A DNA stretch of 38,050 nt from a virus (taxonomy: Duplodnaviria; Caudoviricetes). A program made the position numbers and the translations under genes. How positions within the stretch are numbered: position 1 is the first letter of the stretch; each line of letters opens with the position of its first letter. The notes below the pieces were generated by a model. It did not search any database. It was not told the DNA's origin and worked only from the letters and a program-made list of their open reading frames with translations. Of this stretch, positions 10,058 through 19,947 are shown piece by piece. The stretch covers positions 1 to 38,050 of IMG/VR virus record IMGVR_UViG_3300037751_000162; one strand, given 5' to 3'.

Positions 10058-12264
10058 CGTCTGCGCTCCAGTATTCCGAGCAGGTATTCAACACTGGCGA
10101 TGGACCCCGGCGCCCCGCCTGCGGAGTCGATCCTGATCCCCATGTAACGGCCCTTTATGCCTTTGCCAGGCTTAACTCTTCGGGTGTTCGCCCCTATATG
10201 ATACCGGTTATCAGAGTCGTTTGCGCTATCCTGTGAGTCGCCTGTCCTGACAGTAACATACAGCTCGCTGTCGCCCTCCCCGCCCAGATAGATTCCCATA
10301 GGCCGCTTCTGATTCGAGGTGCCGAAGTCGGAGGCAGCGAACTCTACGAACCAGTCTATACCAGCCGTATCGTCCTTCGTGCCACCTATGGTGTTGATCC
10401 CGCTGCTATCGATCATCAACGGTATGCGCGAGAGAGTGCCCAAGAACGACGCCGGGTAATTGAAATACTCTGTTGCTTCCCCGAGCTCTTTGTTGATTAC
10501 GAACACATGGTTTATGGTATCCGCACTAACAACATCGGAAGCCACCAATGTCATGGTCGGGGCTGTCAGCGTAGCGATTCCGCTGAGCATGAACATGCGC
10601 GGCGTTTCAAGCTCAGCGGTGCCAGACGAAGCAGCGGTGCCCGAAGCAACCAGTGTCAGCGTCGGTGCTTGCAGCACGGCATTGCCAACAGCGCCAAGGA
10701 CCCCGCTGGCAGTCACCACGTAGGGACTCGGCGCTTTGAGCTCCGCACCTGCACCAGAGAATGCAACCAGCGTCATCTCCGGCGCGAACAAGTTTGCGCT
10801 ACCTATTGCGCCGGTCGTGCCGCTGGCCGTCAGAGTAGCCCGTGGCATTATGGCATTAAGCCGACCAACACCTTCGAGCGTACCCTGAATAGTGAGGGTC
10901 ATCGTCGGCGCCGTGAGCTCTGCGACGCCACCCCCGTGCGCCGTCAGTGTCATCGTCGGCGTATTGAGATTCGCCCGGCTCAGATCCGAAGGGTTACCGA
11001 AGGCCTCCATCTCGAAAGCCGGCGTGTCGCCGAAGAAATAACCATCGGGTTCGACTGCCTCGAAAGCAAAAGAACTCATCGGCTGGAACGCGTTCTCTGC
11101 TTCGCCGTATGCGTGATCAGCAGCGATGGTATCCATTTCTTCGAAACTCATATCTGACGAAACAGAAATCTGTCCGGTCAGACCATGAGCCCAGCCGGTG
11201 AGCATTGCGAATGGAGTAGCCACGAGCGCAAACTTCGGGGTGTAATTCGAATTATCGACTTCTGTTTCCATCGGCTGGAACGAATTCGTGCTCTCAGCAT
11301 AAACACCTTCGGTAGCGAATGTTTCCAGCGGCTCGAACGACGCTTCAGAAGTCGCGTAATGGAAATCACCGTCCGCACTTACTGTGCTAAATGTTTCATT
11401 CGACGTGGTGCCAGCGAACGGGATGTTCTTAACACCGGTTGCCTGCACAGTACCGGTTGATACTGCGCTATCGATTAGATTCGTCGACGCATCGATTGCA
11501 ATGCTGCCTGTTACGAAGCCGCTGGCTATTTCCGCTTCGATCTTCGCGCCGGCGCCGACAGTGGTGGTCTTAAACTTCGATACCGTCGTGCCTTGGGTAA
11601 ACGCATCGCCGACCGAGGCGTTATCAACCTGATCGCCAGCTGCATAGAAAGACAGATCTACCTTCAGTGGTCGGTTACTTGGAGACTTCGAGCTCTCATG
11701 CACAAACACATCGTTCTTGTAGTAACGGACAAACCCGTCCACTACGGCAATGCCGAATTTGTCGCCCTGCGCGAAGTTCACCCGATCAGTGATCAGTACC
11801 CCACTCTCTACAACTCGCGCAGTCCCGTGGTCGAACAGGAACGCGAATTCGATCTGCATGAACCCGTAACCAGGGATAAGCGTTGAGCTGGAAACACCCG
11901 ACACAATGCCAACAGATGACTCGTACGGAAAGAACTCGTAGATCGACCCAGTATCAAAAACAACAACGCTTTCGGCCCCGGAGTTCCAACCGAGGTTGTT
12001 GTTCTTAATTGTTTCGCCCTCGGTTGGCTCCTCCCCGGCGACCACGGGGCTGCCGGTCGTGGCTGGGTAGCATACTTGCTGCTGCGTGCATCCACCCGGC
12101 CCAAAAGTAACCGTGCCATCTGGGTTTATAACAGGGTCGATAACCCCGCATACTTCTTCCCATGAACAATATGCCGTAGTAGCGGGAGTCCCTGAACTGA
12201 TAGGCGTGCCGGCAGTACCCGGAACGAAAGTGTATGTTGCCAGTTTCCTAATAAAGTTTGCCAT
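10054..12264 (-). CDS. Tail structural/fibre-like protein (736 aa, start revised to MANFIRK)
   Basis: ATG at 12264 directly follows the upstream stop at 12266; beta-rich with repeated L-x-A-P-T-M-T-L units; lies in the tail cluster. Confidence 0.7.
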   Translation of the reverse strand: MANFIRKLATYTFVPGTAGTPISSGTPATTAYCSWEEVCGVIDPVINPDGTVTFGPGGCTQQQVCYPATTGSPVVAGEEPTEGETIKNNNLGWNSGAESVVVFDTGSIYEFFPYESSVGIVSGVSSSTLIPGYGFMQIEFAFLFDHGTARVVESGVLITDRVNFAQGDKFGIAVVDGFVRYYKNDVFVHESSKSPSNRPLKVDLSFYAAGDQVDNASVGDAFTQGTTVSKFKTTTVGAGAKIEAEIASGFVTGSIAIDASTNLIDSAVSTGTVQATGVKNIPFAGTTSNETFSTVSADGDFHYATSEASFEPLETFATEGVYAESTNSFQPMETEVDNSNYTPKFALVATPFAMLTGWAHGLTGQISVSSDMSFEEMDTIAADHAYGEAENAFQPMSSFAFEAVEPDGYFFGDTPAFEMEAFGNPSDLSRANLNTPTMTLTAHGGGVAELTAPTMTLTIQGTLEGVGRLNAIMPRATLTASGTTGAIGSANLFAPEMTLVAFSGAGAELKAPSPYVVTASGVLGAVGNAVLQAPTLTLVASGTAASSGTAELETPRMFMLSGIATLTAPTMTLVASDVVSADTINHVFVINKELGEATEYFNYPASFLGTLSRIPLMIDSSGINTIGGTKDDTAGIDWFVEFAASDFGTSNQKRPMGIYLGGEGDSELYVTVRTGDSQDSANDSDNRYHIGANTRRVKPGKGIKGRYMGIRIDSAGGAPGSIASVEYLLGILERRR

Positions 12265-12265
12265 A

Positions 12266-14326
12266 TTACACCGCCCATATTCCTGCTGCAGCAGCTGCGA
12301 GGTAACCATCTGCTGGCACCGCCACTACCCCATCGACTGGTGTTGTAAGCCCCCAGAGGCTCTCGATCAGCCCTATGTGGCTGGTCTCATTGTAGATAGA
12401 AACCCCGTCGAAGACCCGGATCGTATCAAAGAGCCTGTTGTTCGGCTCGTCACCTATGCGCCCATTCTGAGAGCGCTGGGCGTCCGGCCTATACATCTGA
12501 ATAACCGGCATCTTTGCATAAACAGACCAGTGCTTGTTCGGATGGATCGCGATAAAGTCAGTCTGCAACCCTTCCAACACCGCGTTCGGTGCCCAAATAG
12601 CGTTGTACGCCGAGAATAAAGACGAAGCTGTCTCTCCGCCTCCATTCATTATGAGTCCATCACGACCATGCTCGGAGTGCCCGGTACTAAGCAATGAATA
12701 CCCAGGGCCCCCAGAGAACGGAACAGAAGCGGTACCGATGGGCCCATAGGGAGTACCGTCGGCTTTCCATAGCTCTGTAAGCACCCCCGATCCGGAAATA
12801 CCAAACGCCTGGTACTCATAATCACGCTGCACACCCGTTGTCTCCAAAGCCCCTGGGACGAAATCCACAGTCTGGCTGGAACTGTATGAGATAAGATAAG
12901 CATCTGCTCTCAAATCAAGCGCATGGATATGTCCTATTTTCCACAGGTACCCGTTATTAGCCTGGTGCGTGGATAGCATGTCATCGACGTGCGGGCCCAA
13001 CCCGGTGACCTCGGAAGAGTAAGGGTGTGCGTCGGTGAGTTTATCGAAGCTTCCAACCAGCCCTTCGTACTCCAGCGTATTGCTCCCGTCCGGGTCGTTG
13101 TAAATCCTTACAATGAACGGGCCGTCAAATACATGCTTAGATCGATGGGTTGCTTGCTCGGTACCGTTGGTGTATTCGTGCCAATCGGCAAAAACGGCGA
13201 GCATCCTGTATTGATACCCATAGCCTGTAACTGTCTCCTCTGCAGTAAAATCATCCAGATAGGGGCGGAGTTTAACCACCACCAACTGATCGCTACCATC
13301 TTCTTCCCAACGGTAGTCGGCAGCAACGTAACGGACGTAATCATTCTCATCCCTCTCATCAAATACGAGCGAAAGATTCGGCGATACCGCCCCCGTGTCC
13401 AAGTCCACCAGCGCCTCGATATCCCATTCAGCTACGCCGGTTATAGCACGCCGACCAAAAAAACTTCCGGATACATCCTCCGTTCTGTATGTCGCAAGCG
13501 TGGCCGCGAGCTTCGTGCCTTGGCGATTCAGGCAGAAATACCCAGGCGCCTGCTGAGTTCCTACCGTAGCCAACCACCACGCCGGCATCGATTCCTCGTA
13601 GAGGAGGAATGATCCGCCCGGTTGCTGGAACACAACGTCGAGCGTAGCGCCGTCTGAATTGTCGAAGTCCCACGTAATAAACATGAGGTGCTTCAGCCCG
13701 TCGTCCCCGAGAACATAGCCACCTGCAATTGCAAACTGATCAACCCAAGCCTCAGAGACTTGGAACGGCTTCTGCGAAGGGCGGCGAATTACGGGCTTGG
13801 TTGTGAACTTGAGGGTGGCATCCCCCCACTGCTCCATCGTCCACTTGAGACCGGTGTTGTAGCGTGGGTTTGTAGTGGCGACCGCGACGTAGGTTTTATC
13901 CTCGCCCCACCATACGTTCATAAATGAAGTGCCACCGACCGTCGCCGTACCATAGGCGGTAGGGCCGAGTGTTAAGAGGTCTCCGGTCGGATTCCCTTCT
14001 GAATCCAACTCGGGCGTCTCGTAGGCGACCCCGGGGCCAGTGGGCGCGCTCGGAACCCCGCCTGTGTACTTGATGAAGCCTTGCTTTAGCCTTCTGTCGG
14101 AAGGATAGTTGCGAAAGTCAAACGGAATAGAAAACTGGTACCCAAGAGCTGCCCCAGCGTGGATATAGATCGTGGTGTTTCCCTTGAGTTTCTGTACCCG
14201 TATAACAGTGCCGTCGGTGATCCTATAAAGCTGATCGGCGGTTTCGGACAAAAAGCGAGCTTTCTGCTTGGCCCAGCCAACCAGTCCGCCCGCTTTTTGC
14301 GGGTCCCCGTCGATTATTATGCGCAT
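12266..14326 (-). CDS. Putative tail spike/receptor-binding protein (686 aa)
   Basis: Short N-terminal module followed by a long aromatic/Gly-rich beta region; TAATG coupling with the upstream gene. Confidence 0.6.
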   Translation of the reverse strand: MRIIIDGDPQKAGGLVGWAKQKARFLSETADQLYRITDGTVIRVQKLKGNTTIYIHAGAALGYQFSIPFDFRNYPSDRRLKQGFIKYTGGVPSAPTGPGVAYETPELDSEGNPTGDLLTLGPTAYGTATVGGTSFMNVWWGEDKTYVAVATTNPRYNTGLKWTMEQWGDATLKFTTKPVIRRPSQKPFQVSEAWVDQFAIAGGYVLGDDGLKHLMFITWDFDNSDGATLDVVFQQPGGSFLLYEESMPAWWLATVGTQQAPGYFCLNRQGTKLAATLATYRTEDVSGSFFGRRAITGVAEWDIEALVDLDTGAVSPNLSLVFDERDENDYVRYVAADYRWEEDGSDQLVVVKLRPYLDDFTAEETVTGYGYQYRMLAVFADWHEYTNGTEQATHRSKHVFDGPFIVRIYNDPDGSNTLEYEGLVGSFDKLTDAHPYSSEVTGLGPHVDDMLSTHQANNGYLWKIGHIHALDLRADAYLISYSSSQTVDFVPGALETTGVQRDYEYQAFGISGSGVLTELWKADGTPYGPIGTASVPFSGGPGYSLLSTGHSEHGRDGLIMNGGGETASSLFSAYNAIWAPNAVLEGLQTDFIAIHPNKHWSVYAKMPVIQMYRPDAQRSQNGRIGDEPNNRLFDTIRVFDGVSIYNETSHIGLIESLWGLTTPVDGVVAVPADGYLAAAAAGIWAV

Positions 14327-14778
14327 TACAGCGTCGGCAGTGAGATAACATAGTGGTCGATTGCTTGCTCAGCGCCTGAAGTAAGCCCGGTGTCAGACAG
14401 GTTCAGTTCCTTGCCGGAGGTGCCAATCGACCCTTGGATGCGCTGTTGCGTTGTACTCGAAGCGCCATCATCCGCCGCAGTTACGTGGCGATAAAATGAC
14501 GCAGTACCGCTCGCGGCATTAGTGCCTTTCCACACTTCAGCCAGAGCCTTGGTGATTGCACCTGACACCGCAGCAGTGTCGAGGTTAAGCCCGCCGCCGC
14601 CGCCGCTCACAGAGACAGTACACAGTAGCACATTAGTGCCACCACTACCGATTGCCGCATCTGCATCAGCCGGTTCAGGGCCTGAGTAGATCTTGATAAA
14701 CCCGCCGTCGAGGATGCCCTTTAAACTTCCAGTATCGAGCATATCATCGCGCAGACCTGTACTTGCTTTAAAAGCCAT
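14326..14778 (-). CDS. Small virion beta-protein (150 aa), paralog of 15224..15685
   Basis: Shares STGLR..ML, I.IYSG..PA.ADAA, DDG.SSTT..R and LNLS.T motifs with the 153-aa ORF; GGAGG RBS. Confidence 0.8.
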   Translation of the reverse strand: MAFKASTGLRDDMLDTGSLKGILDGGFIKIYSGPEPADADAAIGSGGTNVLLCTVSVSGGGGGLNLDTAAVSGAITKALAEVWKGTNAASGTASFYRHVTAADDGASSTTQQRIQGSIGTSGKELNLSDTGLTSGAEQAIDHYVISLPTL

Positions 14779-14788
14779 AATGCCCTCC

Positions 14789-15211
14789 TTAATCAGCCGT
14801 CAGTACAACAGCGCCGGTGTTAAAGCTATAGCTGTTGCCTGCCGCCAGAGTTTTTGGCTGCGGGTTCGCCGCCGTGCCGAGCACATCAGACCAGAGCAGG
14901 TTTCCCGCCGTCGCCGCATCATAAATCCCGAAGTGGGTGATAGTGTACCCTGGGGAACCAGCGTCCACGGTCGGGAATGTAATCGAACCGTTTGAAGCCA
15001 CCTGGTTACCCGCCCACGCCGCGAACGCTATAGTCTGGCGAGCGTAAGCGGCGTCGTCTGAGCCGGTACTGACTTCGTTGGCTCCGGAGTCATCATCCAG
15101 TGGGTCTCCTTTGTGCAACGACAGGTGAATCGTTGCAGGCGGCGTGAACGCCTGGTCTCGGAGCATGTGGTTGAAGAAGTTCTCTTCAAGGTAATCGCTT
15201 GCACCCGCCAT
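14789..15211 (-). CDS. Small virion/tail protein (140 aa), mycobacteriophage Gp80-like family
   Basis: SDYLE...L.L..GDP...GANEVS...YARQ.I.F...ITFP...ITHFGIYDAATAGNLL pattern. Confidence 0.7.
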   Translation of the reverse strand: MAGASDYLEENFFNHMLRDQAFTPPATIHLSLHKGDPLDDDSGANEVSTGSDDAAYARQTIAFAAWAGNQVASNGSITFPTVDAGSPGYTITHFGIYDAATAGNLLWSDVLGTAANPQPKTLAAGNSYSFNTGAVVLTAD

Positions 15212-15223
15212 ATCAGTCTCCTA

Positions 15224-15685
15224 TTACTGCGCCGGCATCGTCAGGGTGAACACATCGATCGTCTGGGGGGCGCCCACGGCGACAGAGGTGTTGCTCAGGT
15301 TCAGATCGGCGCCGGTCTTCGCCACTGCCATGTCCATACGGGCGAGCGTAGTGCTGGAAGTGCCGTCATCCAGCGGGTTGCCGGAAAGTCGTGCCCAGCC
15401 GGCGGTACCTGCGGCGAGGCCGGTACCCTGCCAGGCTTCTGCTGCAGCCTTCGAAATAACACCAGCAACCGGCGCATCGAAATTCAGCCCGTTGGTGGGG
15501 CTACCATGGCTGAACGCGCCACCAGCAACAGTGACTTCGAGTAGAAGCGTCCCAGACACTGCAGCATCGGCGTTAGCCGGCTGAGCACCGGAATAAATGC
15601 GAATCACACTGTTTGTGAACGCGGTATCGAAATCCTCGGACCCGAGCATCTTATTCCGCAGACCTGTCGAAAAGCGAACTGCCAT
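15224..15685 (-). CDS. Small virion beta-protein (153 aa)
   Basis: Paralog of 14326..14778; AGGAG RBS. Confidence 0.8.
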   Translation of the reverse strand: MAVRFSTGLRNKMLGSEDFDTAFTNSVIRIYSGAQPANADAAVSGTLLLEVTVAGGAFSHGSPTNGLNFDAPVAGVISKAAAEAWQGTGLAAGTAGWARLSGNPLDDGTSSTTLARMDMAVAKTGADLNLSNTSVAVGAPQTIDVFTLTMPAQ

Positions 15686-15696
15686 AGCGGTTCTCC

Positions 15697-16860
15697 TTAG
15701 ATTTTAGTTACGACTATGATTTTATCCCCTCGGTCGCCTTCCACGAGACCGAGAGATACCTGAGAACTACTATCCGGATCTAGCCGGTCGGTAGTGACTT
15801 CCTCGTAAGGCATTGCCTTCGCGAGCCCTTCCCTCGTCCAGAACCATAGCACACCCTCATCGTCTTTGACGTATGCTGCGTGCTTTGGTACCGGTGTGTG
15901 GCTAAGTTGCCTCGGGGCGCCATTTTCAGGGTATAGCCAAGTACCTTTGGACGAGCCGATTACAAGCCCCTCTGTAACCTCCCCCATGAAGTTCACAGTA
16001 CCGGGAACCGGGAAATAATCACGAACGAGGTCGAAGAGCCCGAAGCGAAACAAACCTGACTCGTAGATATAAGTGGCGTCCGAAGCTGCGTCCTTGTGCG
16101 CTACGTACCAACGTGAGCCCATAAATGCGCATGGGCCGGTGTGCCCCGGCAGCCCTGTGGCGTTGATCAATGACTCATCGAGGACCTCGCCTGCGAACGG
16201 AGCCCCTGAGATGACATAGGACCCCGACGCGTCCACAGTGAGGTTCGAATACAGCACACTGCCGTTAGCGGTCGTCGAGTAGATCAGAGCCCCGTTGGCG
16301 CCAGCCGATAGAACAATATCCACCCTGATACCCTCTCCGTCCTCCAGGGTGACGAAGCTGGGGATAGATGCTGGAGTTTGCTCACCACTAACCAGCTCGA
16401 CCACAGCAATAGCGTAATCCCCGGCCCGGCCAGCACCCGCCACTGCCTTTACAGACGGCGATGCGGGCCGCTGCAGCGGGTATGGAACGAAGGTATTTGA
16501 TTCCCTGCGGACCATCCCGCATACAGAGCCAGATAGGCCGATACGGTTCCCCAGCTCTGACCAGAATACCTCGCTACCATCAAGGCCAGAGGCGATCAGG
16601 GCGGTAGTGAAGCCAGGGTATACCTGCAAGAGCTCTCCGGCCGCAATCACGAACAGCGCTTCCCGATCCACCGTGAAGTACGCAGCTGTGATCCCGGGAA
16701 GCGCCAACGCCTGTGTGTAGCCAGGGCGCGAAAGTACTTCCCGGTTATCCGCCAGATCGACATTACCAGCAGCAACGATATTATTCGTCCGCTGCTTTAC
16801 GTTTCCAGCTAGATTACTGATCCCGGCAAGCTCAGTGTCGGAGAACGACTTGATCTGCAT
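15697..16860 (-). CDS. Putative tail nozzle/head-closure protein (387 aa)
   Basis: Beta-rich ORF translationally coupled to the adaptor gene; function inferred from position. Confidence 0.55.
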   Translation of the reverse strand: MQIKSFSDTELAGISNLAGNVKQRTNNIVAAGNVDLADNREVLSRPGYTQALALPGITAAYFTVDREALFVIAAGELLQVYPGFTTALIASGLDGSEVFWSELGNRIGLSGSVCGMVRRESNTFVPYPLQRPASPSVKAVAGAGRAGDYAIAVVELVSGEQTPASIPSFVTLEDGEGIRVDIVLSAGANGALIYSTTANGSVLYSNLTVDASGSYVISGAPFAGEVLDESLINATGLPGHTGPCAFMGSRWYVAHKDAASDATYIYESGLFRFGLFDLVRDYFPVPGTVNFMGEVTEGLVIGSSKGTWLYPENGAPRQLSHTPVPKHAAYVKDDEGVLWFWTREGLAKAMPYEEVTTDRLDPDSSSQVSLGLVEGDRGDKIIVVTKI

Positions 16861-17507
16861 CAGTAGCCTCCGTACTGAACCGTTCCAGGTTCCCTGCGCT
16901 GGGCATTCGTTTCGAGGCGGTAGTCGTCAGCTTCCTGCCTGAACTGCGCCATGAACTCCTGCGCGCGAACCCTATCCACCGTCTCAACGTCATCTTTTAA
17001 ATAAGCCCGGCTCGCCGCATACAGGATGGTGATGTTCCATGCCCGGTCGTCAGTATATTCGAGCGGGTTTGCCATCGCTTGTGAGAACTCTTCGAGCGGG
17101 AACCTTGCTATCTGCAGGGTGAGGTTGAAGTCTGCCGCCGGAATCGGATTAAAATGCAGCTTCCCTTTCTCGCGGTCCGCGATGATGGATCGAACTTCCC
17201 CCTCCTTAATATTTACCATCGGCATCTTGTTGGAGTTATTCCTCGCAAATTCGTGGTTGTTATCAGCGTCGAACGCCCGACGGATATCGACCACGAGGGG
17301 GCTTAGAGCGATGGAAGCCGAGCTCGCGGACACCGCGTATACCGCAACGTTCGCCGTTGACATATCCACGAGGAGCTGGGTAACCCGTGCGAACTCCTTA
17401 TATGCCTGCGCGAGATAACCTTCGAGCTCATAGTCGCTCCACAGATACTCTTTCACAGTATCGTCGAGTAGGTTCCTGAGATCGCAAACAACATCAAACG
17501 GCGTCAC
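16860..17507 (-). CDS. Head-tail adaptor protein (215 aa)
   Basis: LR.LLDD....YLWSD.EL..YL..A N-terminal helices and Y.A.RAYLK.D C-terminal motif typical of podophage adaptors; GTG start with GGAGG RBS. Confidence 0.7.
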   Translation of the reverse strand: MTPFDVVCDLRNLLDDTVKEYLWSDYELEGYLAQAYKEFARVTQLLVDMSTANVAVYAVSASSASIALSPLVVDIRRAFDADNNHEFARNNSNKMPMVNIKEGEVRSIIADREKGKLHFNPIPAADFNLTLQIARFPLEEFSQAMANPLEYTDDRAWNITILYAASRAYLKDDVETVDRVRAQEFMAQFRQEADDYRLETNAQRREPGTVQYGGY

Positions 17508-17522
17508 GGCTCACCCTCCTGA

Positions 17523-17924
17523 TTACTCTTCGGTCGTTTCGTGAGCTTGGTGCTCGACCCAGAACTTATCGCGTTCTTTGCTGTGGACGGAGAAGCCGAC
17601 ACGCGCTGAAAGCTTATCGACGTGCGGAGCGCCGCCGGAAGTAAAATCAGCCCGTTTGTTCTCGATCTTCATGTTATCCATGGCCGCCAGGATAAGCTCT
17701 TTGCGTTCTTCGCCCTGCGGCTCGACCGGCACGGCGTTGACCACTTCGTCCTGATCCCCGACGGGGTTGTCATCAATAGGGACGGCGCCGACTTCCAACG
17801 CCTCTCGGACGACTTCCGGGGGAACCGCTACGGGCTTGTTGACGCCTTCGAAGCGGAGCGTGTGCCCGGTGAGAGAACGGAGGGTGTACGGCCGGTTCCG
17901 GACCATCATTGTGCGCTTTACCAT
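17523..17924 (-). CDS. Hypothetical virion-associated protein (133 aa)
   Basis: ORF with AAGGTGG RBS between the decoration and adaptor genes; DFT.GG.P....L....GF......RD.W C-terminal motif. Confidence 0.7.
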   Translation of the reverse strand: MVKRTMMVRNRPYTLRSLTGHTLRFEGVNKPVAVPPEVVREALEVGAVPIDDNPVGDQDEVVNAVPVEPQGEERKELILAAMDNMKIENKRADFTSGGAPHVDKLSARVGFSVHSKERDKFWVEHQAHETTEE

Positions 17925-17941
17925 TGTGTTCCACCTTTGTT

Positions 17942-17979
17942 AAAAATAAGGGGGCACAGGCTCTCGCCCACGCCCCCTA
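17942..17979 (-). terminator. Intrinsic terminator after the capsid/decoration genes
   Basis: Minus strand AGGGGGCGTGGGC-GAGA-GCCTGTGCCCCCT followed by TATTTTT. Confidence 0.8.
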
Positions 17980-17996
17980 TGATTACCGCACCGAAA

Positions 17997-18407
17997 TTAC
18001 TGCGCCTTACGTTTCGGTACAACCTCGTTGGCCCGGTCGTCCATGACGTATTCGAAGATAACTTCGAACTCACCAGCAGTAGCGGCCGTGCCCACTGCAG
18101 TCCAGGTCAGCGAAAGCTGGGTCGGAGCAGCGTACTTCTTGCCAGTCGGTGTGACCGTCTTCAAGCCAGTAGACGCGATGCTGGTCGCAGTCATGTACAG
18201 GTTATCGTCGTCTTCGTCACCAAAGATCAGAGAATCCGAGGTTCCGGAGTCGAACGCTGTCAGTACATTGATCGACGTTTGAGTAATCTGAGCGCCTGCC
18301 GGGATGTTGTCGAACAGAGCCTCGACGCCGGAAGTGAGATCGGCAAAACCGACCGACACCTTACCGACCACTGGCCACTGACGAGCACCGTCGAATGTAA
18401 TAGCCAT
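17997..18407 (-). CDS. Capsid decoration/cement protein (136 aa)
   Basis: Immediately after the major capsid gene; IPAGA.I......V.TAFDSGT...L..G jelly-roll-like pattern; GGAGG RBS. Confidence 0.7.
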   Translation of the reverse strand: MAITFDGARQWPVVGKVSVGFADLTSGVEALFDNIPAGAQITQTSINVLTAFDSGTSDSLIFGDEDDDNLYMTATSIASTGLKTVTPTGKKYAAPTQLSLTWTAVGTAATAGEFEVIFEYVMDDRANEVVPKRKAQ

Positions 18408-18423
18408 GTGCTATACCTCCCTA

Positions 18424-19533
18424 TTACTGAGCAACATCGACGGCAAAGACGCCGAAATCCTCAACGGTTCCAGTCCCTACGGACTTGAATTTCGGCTTCC
18501 GGAAACCTGCAATCTTGCCGGTGGCAATGGACTGCTGGTTGTCGTAGTCGAACCCTTTCTCGATCCACTCTGGCTCGCCGATGTCGGCGTAAGCCAGCGC
18601 CTGGGCGCCGCAGAACAGCATACGGCAGCCATCCACATCACCAGACGCGCCGAACTTGTTCGGGGCGGTGGCGCGGCGGGTATTGAACACGTGGCGGTAC
18701 GAACGGATCACCAGACCGTCGATAACCGCCTCGGACATACCCTTGAACAGCTCGTTGCTGGCCGAACGCGGCATAGCGTCGCGCCAAGCTTCGTGGAAAC
18801 GCTGGTCCTGCTTCAGTTTACCGAACGCAGTTGGAGTGATGAAGACCATGTACATGGCCTTACCACCCTCACCGCGCAGCGGGGTGATGAAGTTTTCTTC
18901 CATGAACGACTTGACCTCGATGAACATATTCCAGGTCGGGGTGTCCGCCGTAGTCAGATCGGCATTGGAGCCGTTGATCAGCAGGCCACCGGTGGCATCC
19001 CAGCGGGCGTAGCGGTTCGCGGTCGGCGCCGAAACGTCGCCGGCAAACTCCAGGAACGGCAGGTCAGAACCCACACGGTCCCGGCCATCGGTGTGCTTGG
19101 CATACGAAACACCGGAAAGCGTCAGGAACGCCATCTGATCGAAGCGATCAGCAAGCCAGTAGGCCAAGGTGTTCAGTGCGTTTTCACGGAAAGTGACGAC
19201 AGACCGCTGCTCAGCCATACGGCCCTCATGACGAGATGCATGGCGCAGCTGGTCGATGGTGATCGTAATGTCGGACTGAGTGCCAGCTTCTTCGTTGCCT
19301 TCCAAGGTACGGTCACCTGCAACGCCGTCGCCTTCGAGATCGTGAACCAGAGTGATAATCGCCTTGTCGCCCTTCTCGGTCTTGGTCAGCTCGGTGATCC
19401 GCTGGATCATGGAGTTGTTGGAAGTACCGATGTTGGGGGCAAGGAACTGAGCGTTGCGGCTTTCGCGCCACAGATCGCGCTTCCAGACAACTTTCTCGTT
19501 ATCTGTCAGATTTGCGAAGTTAGTCAGTGCCAT
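18424..19533 (-). CDS. Major capsid protein (DUF4043/N4-gp56-like, 369 aa)
   Basis: IQRITEL.K..KGD...I.LV.DL.GDGV.GD.TLEGNEE...I.IDQLRHA and LFCGAQALA motifs, with C-terminal EDFGV..VD. Confidence 0.92.
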   Translation of the reverse strand: MALTNFANLTDNEKVVWKRDLWRESRNAQFLAPNIGTSNNSMIQRITELTKTEKGDKAIITLVHDLEGDGVAGDRTLEGNEEAGTQSDITITIDQLRHASRHEGRMAEQRSVVTFRENALNTLAYWLADRFDQMAFLTLSGVSYAKHTDGRDRVGSDLPFLEFAGDVSAPTANRYARWDATGGLLINGSNADLTTADTPTWNMFIEVKSFMEENFITPLRGEGGKAMYMVFITPTAFGKLKQDQRFHEAWRDAMPRSASNELFKGMSEAVIDGLVIRSYRHVFNTRRATAPNKFGASGDVDGCRMLFCGAQALAYADIGEPEWIEKGFDYDNQQSIATGKIAGFRKPKFKSVGTGTVEDFGVFAVDVAQ

Positions 19534-19660
19534 TTTGGCATCCCCTCAGAAAATAAAGACTTTTCCGTAATTCCTGGCTTCTGCCCCAGATGGCTCCCAA
19601 TATCGAGTTGGGTACCGAGAGGTTTGCCGGTTATCGAGGCCCGACTGACGTGATGCGATA

Positions 19661-19689
19661 AATATAGCGCGATTCTGCAACCGCGCCAA
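19661..19689 (-). promoter_or_regulatory. Candidate sigma70-type promoter for the major capsid gene
   Basis: TTGGCG (19689-19684), 17-bp spacer, TATATT (19666-19661) in the intergenic gap. Confidence 0.5.
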
Positions 19690-19694
19690 GTTAT

Positions 19695-19934
19695 TTAAAA
19701 GAAGTCTGGCTGCGCAACGGCGCGAGTCAGCTTCATAATACCCACTTGCAGGTCAGTGCGGGCCATCGAAAGCCAGCGGCCGGGTTCCGCGCTGGGGTTT
19801 GAAGTCGGGGTCGTCCCGATCTTATCGATAAGCAGCTGGAGTTCTTTGCCTTTCTGTTTAATCTCGTTCATAAGATCAATTTCATCCTGAGTAAGCTCGC
19901 GGTACCCGCTGATCTTTCTGTGTTGGTTTTCCAT
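19695..19934 (-). CDS. acb2: Anti-CBASS cyclic-oligonucleotide sponge Acb2 homolog (79 aa)
   Basis: M.NQH.KI.GYR.L.Q.EID.MN..K..G N-terminus and AEPGRWL....TD.Q.G.M...RA.AQPD.F C-terminus match Acb2 as I recall it; Y11 and K26 present. Confidence 0.9.
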   Translation of the reverse strand: MENQHRKISGYRELTQDEIDLMNEIKQKGKELQLLIDKIGTTPTSNPSAEPGRWLSMARTDLQVGIMKLTRAVAQPDFF

Positions 19935-19947
19935 CTATTCCACCTTT

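Noticed and set aside
17523-17570. C-terminal FWVEHQAHETTEE as a fourth tag copy
   Set aside because: Lacks the L and VQGAS; the Trp belongs to that protein's own RD..W motif
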